DNA from: a virus
Taxonomy: Duplodnaviria; Caudoviricetes
IMG/VR virus record: IMGVR_UViG_3300014205_000204
Coordinates: 1-64,000 of that record
Length of the DNA stretch: 64,000 nucleotides
Strand: one strand, 5' to 3'
The translations under genes and the position numbers were made by a program. This document shows, piece by piece, positions 37,148 to 47,460 of this stretch (position 1 is its first letter; each line of letters opens with the position of its first letter). The notes beneath the pieces are model-generated. The model was not told the origin of the DNA, did not search any database, and worked only from the letters and a program-made list of their open reading frames with translations.

Positions 37148-40100
37148 ATGAAAATGACATTTGAGCAGTCAGTGAGGATGCGAAACCTTCTCTCCGGCAG
37201 GAAGTTCCAGACTCCGCTGGCCGAGCCTCCCGTTGATGTACCACTGGCTAAGACAAAGGAGCGCCGGACAAAGCCGACCGGTCCTTTTGACGTGCCTGAC
37301 CAGCCATGGGAGGTCAAGGGAGACGATAAGTCAATGACCTACAACGTGCAGTCAGGGATGCCAGGGTCATTCACCCCGTCCCCCCCAAACACGGTCGTAC
37401 CGTCTATCCGGCCGTCGCAGGGGTTCAAGAAGATCGTCAAACCATATAACAGAGGGTCGGGCACGGAACTCGAGCACGCCGTGCCTGTCTGGCTGGGCGG
37501 AACCTCGGAACTGCCCAACCTCGTGAACATGAGCAAGAGCGGGCACGAGAAGAAGACGGCCGTCGAGGCCGTCGGGTGGACTCTCTGGAATGCTCAGCTC
37601 CAGGACCCAGAGAAGTTCGGGAAGATGATCAAGGACGAGATCGGGTATGAGATATCGATACCTGAGCTCCGTGCAAAGTCAATCGTCATGTCCAATGACC
37701 CGAACACCTTTGACGTGTCCGGTCTCTTCAGCAAGGGATACGATTCAAGCATGATCTATGACCTTCCTGGAAAGACCACGGAAGATCAGGTGGAGCTGGC
37801 GATCAAGACGTGGAAGAAGTGGCATCGCCCCCTCAGCGAGAGGACGACGTGGGAGAAGGTAAAGGAAGCGGCGCACGCTTTTTGGCTGATCATGCCGGGA
37901 CGCGACTTGCTCGGGGACATGTCCAAAACCGACAGGGACGTCTTGGATGACGTAAAAAGCACGGTATCAGGATGGACTGAGGACAAGTTCGGTGACAATA
38001 TAGTCTCGTCAACCGCGAAGGGAGTAGTTTCAGGAGCGACACTCGGTTCAGTCGCCCCGGAGTTGTCAGAGTTCGAGGAGGAACACCCACTCCAGATGCT
38101 CGCTGGACGAACTGCCGGCGAGCTCGTCGGATCATCAGCGTATTTTCATTTTGGTGGAAAGCTTCTCGGCAAGGCCGTCTCGCCTCTTTTCAAGATTGCC
38201 GACAAAGCCAAGAAAGTGTCTGGATTGGCTGCGACAGGGGAAAAGCTTAAGTGGTACGTAAACGCCCTCGATGATCTTTCGGGGAACGCCGACAAGCTTG
38301 TTACGCTGGTCATGAAAGACCTGAATAAGGCTGAAAAAGCCTTATCGTTAGCCAGGAAGGCCCAGCACGTGGTTACTACCATGGGTACTTTTGCATTCGT
38401 AGGCCAGGCATACGCCGTCGATGATAGGCTTCCCGAGATAGAAGCTCGCTATAATCGCCTTAAGCTGGATACTGCCCTCGGGTTGGTCCAGGTGGCGCTT
38501 CCAGGAGGGTTCCTCCGCGGCGGATACGGCACCAAGCCGACGGGTGCCGAGACGGGGCTTCTCGGCACGCCAAAGGGATCATCGATAATCGGGAGGCTGA
38601 ACCCATGGAACTCGGAGGCCGCTTCCGGATTAGCCGGAATGAACCTTACCGGCAGGGCAAACGCCTTGGGACTGTCGTTCATGGGAAACAGCGTCGCCGA
38701 GTTTATGCTTAGCGACGCGAACGCCATGGAGGCCATGCAGAGCGCCCTCGTAATGACGGCCATGCACGGCCTAGGCACCGTATCGAGGACGCCTGACGCG
38801 TCCCTGGTCGTCAGGTCCCGCGCCATCGAGCTCATACGCGCAAGGACCCCTAGGTCCTATGAGTCACTGGTAACCGGGAAGTCCAGCCCTGATTCCTTCA
38901 GGGTTGAGTCGACCGCCGAACTCGTCTCGTCATACGAGGCCGCCGGCATGACCCCCGAGGCCTCAGCCGAGCTGCTTAGTGGGAGGGTTGCCGCGGAATG
39001 GGAGGTGGCGTACAGGCTTCACCCGACCGACGAGGCCGCCCGCAACCAGTACATGAGCGAAAGGTACGTGACGATCCTCCGCGAGGAGATCAGCCGCAGC
39101 GGCATGGCTGCCGTAACCGGCAAGGCCGACGCTGATGCGGCGTATTCCTCAGTCGTCGACGCTGTCGAGGCCCCCCAGGACACCAATAGGGCCATCGTGG
39201 AGCTTGAGGCGGCCAAGACAATGCCGACTGAGGAAGCCAAGTCACTCGGCCTGGTTTCCGGTGACGGCAAGCTAAACCTGAGCGTCAGGTACTTCGCGGA
39301 GAGGGACACGACAGGCTCCCTAGTCATCAAGGCCGTACGGGATGACGGGACGACCTTTCCGGTCAATCGCCTGACCGGCCGGGCGGCACAGGACTTCAAC
39401 GAGGCCACGGGCAGCGCGAAGATCACGGAAGTCCTGCCGATCAGGTTCAGCGATGAGAGCGGGAAGACGACCATCTCCGTTGCCCCAACGGAAGAATCAA
39501 TCAGTAAAATAATACCTCTTAACGATGCGTACGACGTAGCCGTAAGCTCCCTCAAGGAATTGCGCGGGCAGCCTGACATACCAGTCACCGATTTCAGCAG
39601 GATCGACGTCCTGAACGACTTGTCCCTGTCCGGCCTCAACAAGACGACAGCCAATGAGCTCTCGAACGCGATCTCGACACTGTACCGGACTTCGGTGGGC
39701 AACGACCCGGCGGCCTTCCAGAAGGCCATAGCCAACGTCCACGCCAAGGCAGGCGTTGAAGTGCCTTGGTACTACAAGACGGCCAAGTACGTCGCCAATC
39801 GTGACGCCAACAGGGTGATCGGGGAAGTCATGGCTGCCGTGGGGAAGCAGGGAACCAAGACATCGCCCATAAGGGCCGAGTACATCAGGTCTGTCGCCAG
39901 GATGGCGACTTCAAGACCGCCTGCGGACGGGGGCGCGAAGGCTACCGGCGAGGTGATCTCTTCAGCGACGAAGGCAGTGAAGGCCGTCACCCGCGGCGCG
40001 AAGTTCGACAATGCCATGGACACTGACCTCTCATACGGCTTCCAGGACAGGAAGTCCGACATAACCGAGAGGTCTAGGGCCATCGTGGAGTCATTAAGGG

Positions 40101-41026
40101 ACGAGGGATATTCTAACGTGACTGCCGATGAGGCAAGGAAGATAGCGGAATTCCCTGTAGGCGAGAGACGGGAGGCGTATGAGAGCCTCAAGTACCAGAA
40201 GGACCTCAAGAGGGCATCCGCCGAGATGTCTTCCTACGACGTCACGGGTGCTGCCGCGTTCGCGGTGGTCCCAAGGCCGTCTGAGGGAAGCTATTGGATA
40301 GAGATGCGTGCCGCGCTTGACCAGCTGGAAGTGGCGTTAGCATCTGAAATAAACCCCATTGACAGGAATGCCGTCATGAGGGCTACCAACCAGGTGGACA
40401 GGCTCGCCGAGATCTCCAAGATAGTCAGGAAGAAGGCCAAAGACATGGAGATCGACGCCAGGGAGCGCCTGACGAGACTGGCCGACGACATGGATGCCGA
40501 AGTCGAGATCAATAGGGAATACGAGAGGATGCGCCTGGATCGCCTTGAAAAAGGAGAGGCTTCCAGCAGGGAAGCCGAGTATTTCCTGATCACCGGCAAC
40601 GTCAGGGCCATGGCCGACAGGTGGGAGAACCTGGCCTTCAGGGACTTCAACGAGATGGTGGCGGGGGCAGTCAAGTCCAGGCGCATTACTGGCAGGGAGG
40701 CAACGGCCCTAAGGGGATACCAGAAGGCCAAGGTCAGGGAGACGCGCGATGCCGTATCCAGGATAGGCATCGATGAGATGAAGGTCGCCATATCAACCGA
40801 TGCCGGATTGGGCAAGAAGTTCAAGAGGCACGCGAATGCCGCGTTGGGGGAAAAATGGAGAGACGACATGCTCTTGGATCCTGACCTGTCAAATACCGAA
40901 AGGATCCTGCTGTTAGAGCTCCGCAAGAAAGTCCTTGACGATCCCATGCAGAGGGAACTCGACATCGAGAACGAAAGGGCAAGAAACGCAGGGTGCACTT
41001 ACGGTCCCGCTGCGATCATCAACTAG
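37148..41026 (+). CDS. Large internal virion protein with N-terminal HNH-like motif
   Basis: 1292 aa. ELEHAVPVWLGGTSELPNLVNMSKSGHEKKT near aa 107-137, plus Gly/Ala-rich membrane-like segments. Confidence 0.6.
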   Translation: MKMTFEQSVRMRNLLSGRKFQTPLAEPPVDVPLAKTKERRTKPTGPFDVPDQPWEVKGDDKSMTYNVQSGMPGSFTPSPPNTVVPSIRPSQGFKKIVKPYNRGSGTELEHAVPVWLGGTSELPNLVNMSKSGHEKKTAVEAVGWTLWNAQLQDPEKFGKMIKDEIGYEISIPELRAKSIVMSNDPNTFDVSGLFSKGYDSSMIYDLPGKTTEDQVELAIKTWKKWHRPLSERTTWEKVKEAAHAFWLIMPGRDLLGDMSKTDRDVLDDVKSTVSGWTEDKFGDNIVSSTAKGVVSGATLGSVAPELSEFEEEHPLQMLAGRTAGELVGSSAYFHFGGKLLGKAVSPLFKIADKAKKVSGLAATGEKLKWYVNALDDLSGNADKLVTLVMKDLNKAEKALSLARKAQHVVTTMGTFAFVGQAYAVDDRLPEIEARYNRLKLDTALGLVQVALPGGFLRGGYGTKPTGAETGLLGTPKGSSIIGRLNPWNSEAASGLAGMNLTGRANALGLSFMGNSVAEFMLSDANAMEAMQSALVMTAMHGLGTVSRTPDASLVVRSRAIELIRARTPRSYESLVTGKSSPDSFRVESTAELVSSYEAAGMTPEASAELLSGRVAAEWEVAYRLHPTDEAARNQYMSERYVTILREEISRSGMAAVTGKADADAAYSSVVDAVEAPQDTNRAIVELEAAKTMPTEEAKSLGLVSGDGKLNLSVRYFAERDTTGSLVIKAVRDDGTTFPVNRLTGRAAQDFNEATGSAKITEVLPIRFSDESGKTTISVAPTEESISKIIPLNDAYDVAVSSLKELRGQPDIPVTDFSRIDVLNDLSLSGLNKTTANELSNAISTLYRTSVGNDPAAFQKAIANVHAKAGVEVPWYYKTAKYVANRDANRVIGEVMAAVGKQGTKTSPIRAEYIRSVARMATSRPPADGGAKATGEVISSATKAVKAVTRGAKFDNAMDTDLSYGFQDRKSDITERSRAIVESLRDEGYSNVTADEARKIAEFPVGERREAYESLKYQKDLKRASAEMSSYDVTGAAAFAVVPRPSEGSYWIEMRAALDQLEVALASEINPIDRNAVMRATNQVDRLAEISKIVRKKAKDMEIDARERLTRLADDMDAEVEINREYERMRLDRLEKGEASSREAEYFLITGNVRAMADRWENLAFRDFNEMVAGAVKSRRITGREATALRGYQKAKVRETRDAVSRIGIDEMKVAISTDAGLGKKFKRHANAALGEKWRDDMLLDPDLSNTERILLLELRKKVLDDPMQRELDIENERARNAGCTYGPAAIIN

Positions 41027-41032
41027 AGTGAT

Positions 41033-44000
41033 ATGCCAAAAATAGAATGTCCAGAGATCCTGGGAAACATCAGGGAGATATCGGAACGTAACGCCAAGGA
41101 GAAGGATAAGTTAGACGCGATAATGGGCGATCTGCTTGGTTTTGACGTACCCAAGGCACGGGCCGGGGGTAACGAAAGGCCAACCGTAAGGATGGTTCCC
41201 CTACCGGCGGATGACATCGCCAGCTTACCTGACGTCGGCAAGAAGATTGCCGACGTGGTTTCAGATAACAGGAATACGAAAACCCTTCCGGAAGTGATCA
41301 GCGAGATCCCCAAGGATAAGGCCTACCTCTATGACGCCGTCCCGAAGGGACATTCCGTCACGGTGACTGATCCGGTCACGGGGGAAAAACGGCCGGAGAC
41401 GGTACTGTACGGCGAGGAGGTCATGAAGGACGCGGCAACCATCATCGCCGAGGGATCCAAGTCCGGAAAGTCCATCAAGGAGATCGATGACGGGGTTATG
41501 GGCATGATCTACAAGACCTATCCGGAGACTGTCCCACAGTACCTTTCCCAGAAGTTCGGCATCGCCCGGGCAAGTTCAGACCGCTTGACTGCCGAGTTCC
41601 TGAGCAGGTCGTTCGCCACCGTAGCCCCTGAGAGGGTGACGGCCATGATGAACGGCGGAGTCGTAAAAGGAGAGTTCAATTATCATGAGCTTCATGCGCT
41701 CAACGATTCCCAGCTCAACAATGTCGCCCAGCAGCTGAGCACGGAGATGACCAGACTGCTCTCGGAGATAGGAACCCTTAGGAACATCGCCGAAAAGGCC
41801 AAGTCAGGAAGCAGGGGCGGGACCAGGGGAATCAGCAAGGCCAATGTGCTCGAGGCCAAGTTACCGCCAGAACTCCTTGACGCCCTTGATCCGGGTCAGA
41901 GAAGCAGGTATCACGTGGCGTACAACAGGCTGATGAAAAACAGCGGAGGAAAAAAAGGCGTAGGCAGGTCAATCATGGAGGTCGTAAAGGCCAAGAACCT
42001 TTTGGATTCTAAAACATCCTCGTTCAGGGACTTGGGCATATCCTCATCCATTGAACATCCGATCTACAACCCCGATGAGGCGCTTGCCAGCATGGCGAGA
42101 TCATTTGGCGAGTTCGATTACCTGGGAGCCAGGCTGAGAAAGGCCATCGACGACGGGCATCCTGCCGTGACCGAGTTCCTCGACCCTGAATCAGGCATGA
42201 CGCCAAACCAGTTGCTTGAGCAGATAGACAAGACCGACAAGGTCAGGATAACCCAGGCGATGGAGTCGGCCCCATCCGTGGAGATAAACGCCAGGAACAT
42301 CGCCAGCAGAAGGGCAGGGAATGTCACCACCGAGAAGATGGCGGTTGGCAAGACGGCTGAGGGCCCGAAGAAGACTGCCCCGCAAAAAGCCTCCCTAAAG
42401 GACTACTTTACCGGTGATGAGATCGAGGAGTTCAGGGTTTCAGTCGAGAATCGCGTAGCCGTCATGCCTAAGGATACCCTCATGAAGACCCACCTCATGG
42501 AGATGGAACTTAACGAGATGGAGAACGCGTTTTTCGACCGCGTCAAGAACAGGCTGTACAACTCTAGGCGAAATTACGGTGGAAAGAAAAAGTCGACGGC
42601 ATCTTCTCAAGTCACGATAAACCCCTTCGACCTGGTCGACCTTCGCTTCGAGCTGAGGAAGGTCGCGGCCGATACGATCGACAAGGCAACAGGCCCCGGG
42701 TTCGTCGAGAGCGAGCAGGCCAACAGGCTCTCGTCCATGCTGAGGGAAGTCATAACGCCGAAGCAGATGAAGGAGACCCTCGACAGGTACATCAGTACCG
42801 TAAACCCAGACCTCGAGACCGTGGCCGCTTACAGGGTATTCGAGAGGATGTATGACTCTGGGGAGATAACAGGCACCAGGAGAGAGTGGGAGGACATAGT
42901 GAACCTCCAGAAACCGGGAGCCTATCCCATCCAGTCCGACAGGGTGCTGATGAGCACCCTCCCGAAGGAAACGAGGGACATGTTCGATGACATCTACGCT
43001 AGGGTAGGACGGTTCGAGAGCGGCTACACGATCACCGAGGATGGGATAAGGAAGAGGTACCGCACTGAAGTTGACGGCAAGCCAGAACCGATCGTCGCCA
43101 GGAAGGTCAGCCGAGCCCTTTCAGAGCTGATACTCAACAACAGGATCACCACCGACTTCAAGGCCAAGTGGGTCACCCCGAACCCTGAAGGCCAGTACCT
43201 GAGCAACGATCTCGTGCGCCTTTACCTGAACGCCAAGAGGGGCCAGGCAGGCAGCGAGAGGCTCGTCGATTACGGTGGCACTACCATTGACGTCGGCCAC
43301 GGCAAGGTAACCGACAAGAGGAACTGGTCAAAGAGGGAAGATACCTACGAGACCGAGGCGGCCTTCACCGTCAACGGCAGTGACATCACGGCGACGTTCA
43401 CTGGCATCGGCGGGGAGAGGGTAACGAGCAATTTCAGGCTTGACTTCAGGGAGGCCATCGACAAGGTGATCGTGACATACGACCCTGCAGGTAAGTACCA
43501 CGTCACCGCATACCGCGAGATTCCCGGGGGGTCGCGCAGGAAGAGCCTGTACGATTCGCTCAGCGCCGACGAGTGGGAGGACAGGTGGGATTACCTCAAG
43601 GCTGATGACGATGTCGCGATCGCCGACGTCACAAGGAAAATTGACGAGAGCGGGAAGGTCGTCACCTCCGAGGGATGGCTATCCCGCATCCTGAACAAAA
43701 AGGCCCTGGTCAACGACGGTATAGACAAGAGGACGGCAGCGATTTTTGCAAGGCGGGCGCTCCGGTCCGTAACAGACGAGAAGGTCATGTCAAAGCCCAT
43801 AGTCGAGCAGATGACGCTGTTCAACAACGGATTGTACGAGAGAGGCTTCAGGCTGCCGGATGAATTGCCGAACGAGCCGGAATGGCTGACTAACCTCAGG
43901 GCGATAAGGAAGGTTATCGGAGACCGCGAGACTTACATGACCCAAGAGCCTGACCCGACACAACCTACGTCGTTCGGGCCGAACGACACGAAAGTCAACG

Positions 44001-47000
44001 TAAGGAACCTGTTCGAGAGGCTTAAGCCCAAGGTTCAGGAAGAGGTCAGGTCCCTTCGTCTTGCCCATGAGAAGGGGTACCTTGCCGAGGACACTCCAAT
44101 TACCTTAGCCATAGGTGAAGCCGTCAAGGCGACTGAGGGGAAGGAACTTGGGGTCATAAGGGATGCCATCCGGCAGGCCATCGAGAAGGCCGAACCGGAC
44201 CATGCTGAAAACGTCCGTGTAGTGACCATGCAGGCCCTTCTTGAGGGTAAATCGATAGATCACGTTGCGAAGGTCGCGAGGGAAGGGTATAAGGTCAAGC
44301 TGGATAACGAGATCGAGAAGTACATGCAGTACGGTGACGATGCGTACCTGTCGGACAAGTCACGCGAGTATGTCGAGGATTACCGCAATTACTTCAGCAA
44401 GGAGGCCCTGTCGGAGATTGGGGCCGTCCAACGGGCAGACGCGGAGGATGGCGATGCCGGTTCAGCCGCAAGCGACAGGACGCTCTCGAGATACGAGGAA
44501 GCAGCGAGCAGGGGAGTCGAGATCGAGACCGTCAATGATGAGGGCAAGCCCTCCGGAGCTATCGGCATGAACGTGATCGACGGGGAATCCACGATGTTCA
44601 GTGGGGAGACCAGCCTGGTCGATACCTATTTCATTGATACCGTCCCCGGGCTTAGGAAATGGCTGGACGGAAACAACATGGTAGCGGAAGCGGAAGGCAG
44701 GGCCATGTCGAAACTCGAGGACACGATCGCCTCCAGGATAACCGGTGATGACAGCATGATCAGGCTCGATGAGGCCTTGACCCGGGCAGATACCGAATCC
44801 AGCCTTGAGGCTCGCGCTGAAAAGTGGAACGAGGGAATGAAGCCGATGGACAGGGCCAGCAGGGAACTGGACGATAACCCGGCTCATCCGCTCCGGATGC
44901 TTTCCGGCAATTCCGGCATGTTCTCCCGTGAAGTGGCAGCATCCGACGCGAGAGTCGCGATAAGAGAATCCACCGGGGAAACGCAGGATTACGCCAACGT
45001 GAACATCATAGAGAGAATGATGTCAGAGATGGAACCGCCCCTCGGAGCGGACATGAAACCGCTGGTCATGCCTCTTGATGGAATGCGTCCAGACTATTAC
45101 GCGACAGCCATCAGTTCCCCGGGGGAGCACGGCCTGACGCAGCTGCTCATGACAGGTGAGGGACGTGAATGGTCAGCCAGGGTCATGAGGTGGAAGCCGC
45201 TTGCCGACGTGTTCTACCCTGAGTTCAGGGTAGCTAGGCTGAAGAACGCCCGAGACCCATTCGACAGTGCCGTGCGCACGATTTCCGAATACTTGTACGG
45301 CGGCAAGGGCATCGAGAACATGGGGAGGGATGTTATAAAAAGGGAAAACGGTGAGGAAGCAGTCTCGACGAAGCCCGACAACGTATCTGGGCTGCTGGAC
45401 GATGCCATCGCATCTGCCGTGATCTACGGCGTGAAGAAAGGCATGGTTGACGGCAGGTATATGGTCACCCTTGACGAGTCAAACGGCGGCAGGTTCCTCA
45501 AGGAGTCTGACTTCGGCAGGGACGGGATCATAAGGAAGTCTGCCGTGATGCCTGAAACTCTACGGGAGAAGGCTGACAGCCATGGGGCTGCCAATCCGGA
45601 GTGGCTGGCAAGCCTGAACGATTCCATTGCCTCTGGGGACATGGCGAAGGCGTATGACCTGCTCATCTCCGCTCCGTTTGGCAAGACGCCTGTTGAGGTT
45701 GCCTGGATGCGTGATGCCGAGCGGCTTTCCGGCCTGGTTAAGCTTGTCGTTAATGCGGACAGAGCGGGCATCAACCCAACGGATCTTTTCCTCAAGGCTA
45801 CCGAGCTGGGCGAGAGAAGGGCAAGGCTGTTCGGAGACGAAGCGACACGGCTAGAGGACACAAGCTACAGCAGGGAGAAGTCGTCAGAATGGCGTGCCAA
45901 GCTGTTGGACATCAGGAAAGGGGAGGGCAGCGGGCCGCGACAAGATAGTCAAAGCGTTTTACTAAAGGCAACCGAAGAGCAAAAGAAACTCGCTATAGAC
46001 CTTGATCGACACCTTGATGGCGAAGTGACGCTCAAAGACGAGGAAATCTCCAGGATACGCTCCAGGATGGACGAGCTCCAGAGGGAAATCGATACCGAGA
46101 TGGACAGGAGAGGGGCAGGGAAGGGTCTCGGAGTCAAGGCGACACGGCTAGAGAGCGTAAGATCCAGCGGGGAGAAGCCGTCAGAGCGGCCCGCCAATCA
46201 ACCGGAAGAGAGCCTTAGAGACGTGATAAGCCTTGCCCTCGATGTCAGCGACGGGAACGAGGCTGCAGCGAAAAACCTCGTTGATGCCGTCAGAGGACGT
46301 CCGGAGATGACAAGGGAGGCTGACAAAGTCCTCAGGGACATGTCAGATGCCCTCGAGAAGGACATCTCCCGCATGAGGAATGCCGGGGAGGACGGTGAGG
46401 CTGCCCGCCTCGCCAAGGTGAAGGATACCGTAGACGGAACCAACGACACGATAAGGAGGCCGTTCGTCGAAAGCCTGCCCAAGGGCACGAAGGTCAGGTA
46501 CCCGACTAAAGAGAATAAACTGAAGGTCGAGAACATCTCCGACAGGATCATCGAGACGACTGGCGAGGCCACGGTGGCGTCTCCTGAGGTCATCGAGGCC
46601 CAGAACGCGGGAACGGTCAAGGCGAGGGTCGCCGCGACCGTCAGCCAAGTGAAGGCCCATAAGGTCAACTTCCCTAAGGAGTACGCCGTCGTCGACATCG
46701 AGACGAACGCCAGGAAGATGGATGACCCCGACGCCAAGATCAAGCAGATCGGCGGCGTCGTGGTGAAGGACGGGAAGGAGGTCAGGAGGTTCGACTTTCG
46801 GATAGACGAGGAACTTGCCGGCACTGACCGCAGCAACCGGATGGCGGAAGTCCTGGACGGTTTCGAGAAGGAGACGTCGGGGCTCCCCGTCGTCGGCCAC
46901 AACTTCTTCCGTTTCGATGCCCCGTTCATCGCCATGGAAGCCAAGAGGATCGGCAGGGCCGCCCCGAAGGAGATAACCGATCCCGACAACATCTATGACA

Positions 47001-47404
47001 CAGGGTTCCTTTACCTGGGTCTGAAGGAGGGTGTCTACAAGGACGACGTAATGTCCTTGGGCGACTTCTACAACCTGATGGGCAGCAACAGGTCCGGTAA
47101 CTGGGCGCTGCAGCATCTTAAGGATCACCTGCTCACCAGGCTGGGCCACATGACTGCCGAGGAGGGGACGGCCCTCGAGGCCCATGAGGCCGTGGGAGAT
47201 TCCATCGTAACGTGGAAGCTCCTCCAGTTCCTTGAGGCCGAGAACGCCAAGAGGTCCGCGGGGGAGAAGGGCACGGACCTGGAAGAGGTGACCAGGCTCA
47301 TCCAGGAGGCTAAGGCCGGCGAGGAGGCTGAGGCCAGGAGAAAGAGGGGCGAAGATGTCTTCGCGTCTTTCGCCAGGATGGTCAGGGAAAAGGCAGGAGA
47401 ATAG
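41033..47404 (+). CDS. Giant (2123 aa) putative ejection protein with C-terminal DEDDh 3'-5' exonuclease
   Basis: VVDIETN (ExoI), GHNFFRFDAPF (ExoII) and HEAVGD (ExoIII) from aa ~1884. Confidence 0.75.
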   Translation: MPKIECPEILGNIREISERNAKEKDKLDAIMGDLLGFDVPKARAGGNERPTVRMVPLPADDIASLPDVGKKIADVVSDNRNTKTLPEVISEIPKDKAYLYDAVPKGHSVTVTDPVTGEKRPETVLYGEEVMKDAATIIAEGSKSGKSIKEIDDGVMGMIYKTYPETVPQYLSQKFGIARASSDRLTAEFLSRSFATVAPERVTAMMNGGVVKGEFNYHELHALNDSQLNNVAQQLSTEMTRLLSEIGTLRNIAEKAKSGSRGGTRGISKANVLEAKLPPELLDALDPGQRSRYHVAYNRLMKNSGGKKGVGRSIMEVVKAKNLLDSKTSSFRDLGISSSIEHPIYNPDEALASMARSFGEFDYLGARLRKAIDDGHPAVTEFLDPESGMTPNQLLEQIDKTDKVRITQAMESAPSVEINARNIASRRAGNVTTEKMAVGKTAEGPKKTAPQKASLKDYFTGDEIEEFRVSVENRVAVMPKDTLMKTHLMEMELNEMENAFFDRVKNRLYNSRRNYGGKKKSTASSQVTINPFDLVDLRFELRKVAADTIDKATGPGFVESEQANRLSSMLREVITPKQMKETLDRYISTVNPDLETVAAYRVFERMYDSGEITGTRREWEDIVNLQKPGAYPIQSDRVLMSTLPKETRDMFDDIYARVGRFESGYTITEDGIRKRYRTEVDGKPEPIVARKVSRALSELILNNRITTDFKAKWVTPNPEGQYLSNDLVRLYLNAKRGQAGSERLVDYGGTTIDVGHGKVTDKRNWSKREDTYETEAAFTVNGSDITATFTGIGGERVTSNFRLDFREAIDKVIVTYDPAGKYHVTAYREIPGGSRRKSLYDSLSADEWEDRWDYLKADDDVAIADVTRKIDESGKVVTSEGWLSRILNKKALVNDGIDKRTAAIFARRALRSVTDEKVMSKPIVEQMTLFNNGLYERGFRLPDELPNEPEWLTNLRAIRKVIGDRETYMTQEPDPTQPTSFGPNDTKVNVRNLFERLKPKVQEEVRSLRLAHEKGYLAEDTPITLAIGEAVKATEGKELGVIRDAIRQAIEKAEPDHAENVRVVTMQALLEGKSIDHVAKVAREGYKVKLDNEIEKYMQYGDDAYLSDKSREYVEDYRNYFSKEALSEIGAVQRADAEDGDAGSAASDRTLSRYEEAASRGVEIETVNDEGKPSGAIGMNVIDGESTMFSGETSLVDTYFIDTVPGLRKWLDGNNMVAEAEGRAMSKLEDTIASRITGDDSMIRLDEALTRADTESSLEARAEKWNEGMKPMDRASRELDDNPAHPLRMLSGNSGMFSREVAASDARVAIRESTGETQDYANVNIIERMMSEMEPPLGADMKPLVMPLDGMRPDYYATAISSPGEHGLTQLLMTGEGREWSARVMRWKPLADVFYPEFRVARLKNARDPFDSAVRTISEYLYGGKGIENMGRDVIKRENGEEAVSTKPDNVSGLLDDAIASAVIYGVKKGMVDGRYMVTLDESNGGRFLKESDFGRDGIIRKSAVMPETLREKADSHGAANPEWLASLNDSIASGDMAKAYDLLISAPFGKTPVEVAWMRDAERLSGLVKLVVNADRAGINPTDLFLKATELGERRARLFGDEATRLEDTSYSREKSSEWRAKLLDIRKGEGSGPRQDSQSVLLKATEEQKKLAIDLDRHLDGEVTLKDEEISRIRSRMDELQREIDTEMDRRGAGKGLGVKATRLESVRSSGEKPSERPANQPEESLRDVISLALDVSDGNEAAAKNLVDAVRGRPEMTREADKVLRDMSDALEKDISRMRNAGEDGEAARLAKVKDTVDGTNDTIRRPFVESLPKGTKVRYPTKENKLKVENISDRIIETTGEATVASPEVIEAQNAGTVKARVAATVSQVKAHKVNFPKEYAVVDIETNARKMDDPDAKIKQIGGVVVKDGKEVRRFDFRIDEELAGTDRSNRMAEVLDGFEKETSGLPVVGHNFFRFDAPFIAMEAKRIGRAAPKEITDPDNIYDTGFLYLGLKEGVYKDDVMSLGDFYNLMGSNRSGNWALQHLKDHLLTRLGHMTAEEGTALEAHEAVGDSIVTWKLLQFLEAENAKRSAGEKGTDLEEVTRLIQEAKAGEEAEARRKRGEDVFASFARMVREKAGE

Positions 47405-47410
47405 CAAATC

Positions 47411-47455
47411 AAAAAAGCGCGTGACCCATAAGCCTCTTGGGTCCGCGCTTTTTTT
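47411..47455. terminator. Bidirectional terminator at convergent junction
   Basis: AAAAAAGCGCG...GACCCA/TGGGTC...CGCGCTTTTTTT between the stops at 47404 (+) and 47461 (-). Confidence 0.85.
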
Positions 47456-47460
47456 AATCG

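Noticed and set aside
41033-47404. DNA polymerase (because of the DEDD exonuclease)
   Set aside because: No polymerase palm motifs were recognised. The exonuclease is C-terminal and the gene lies in the virion operon.
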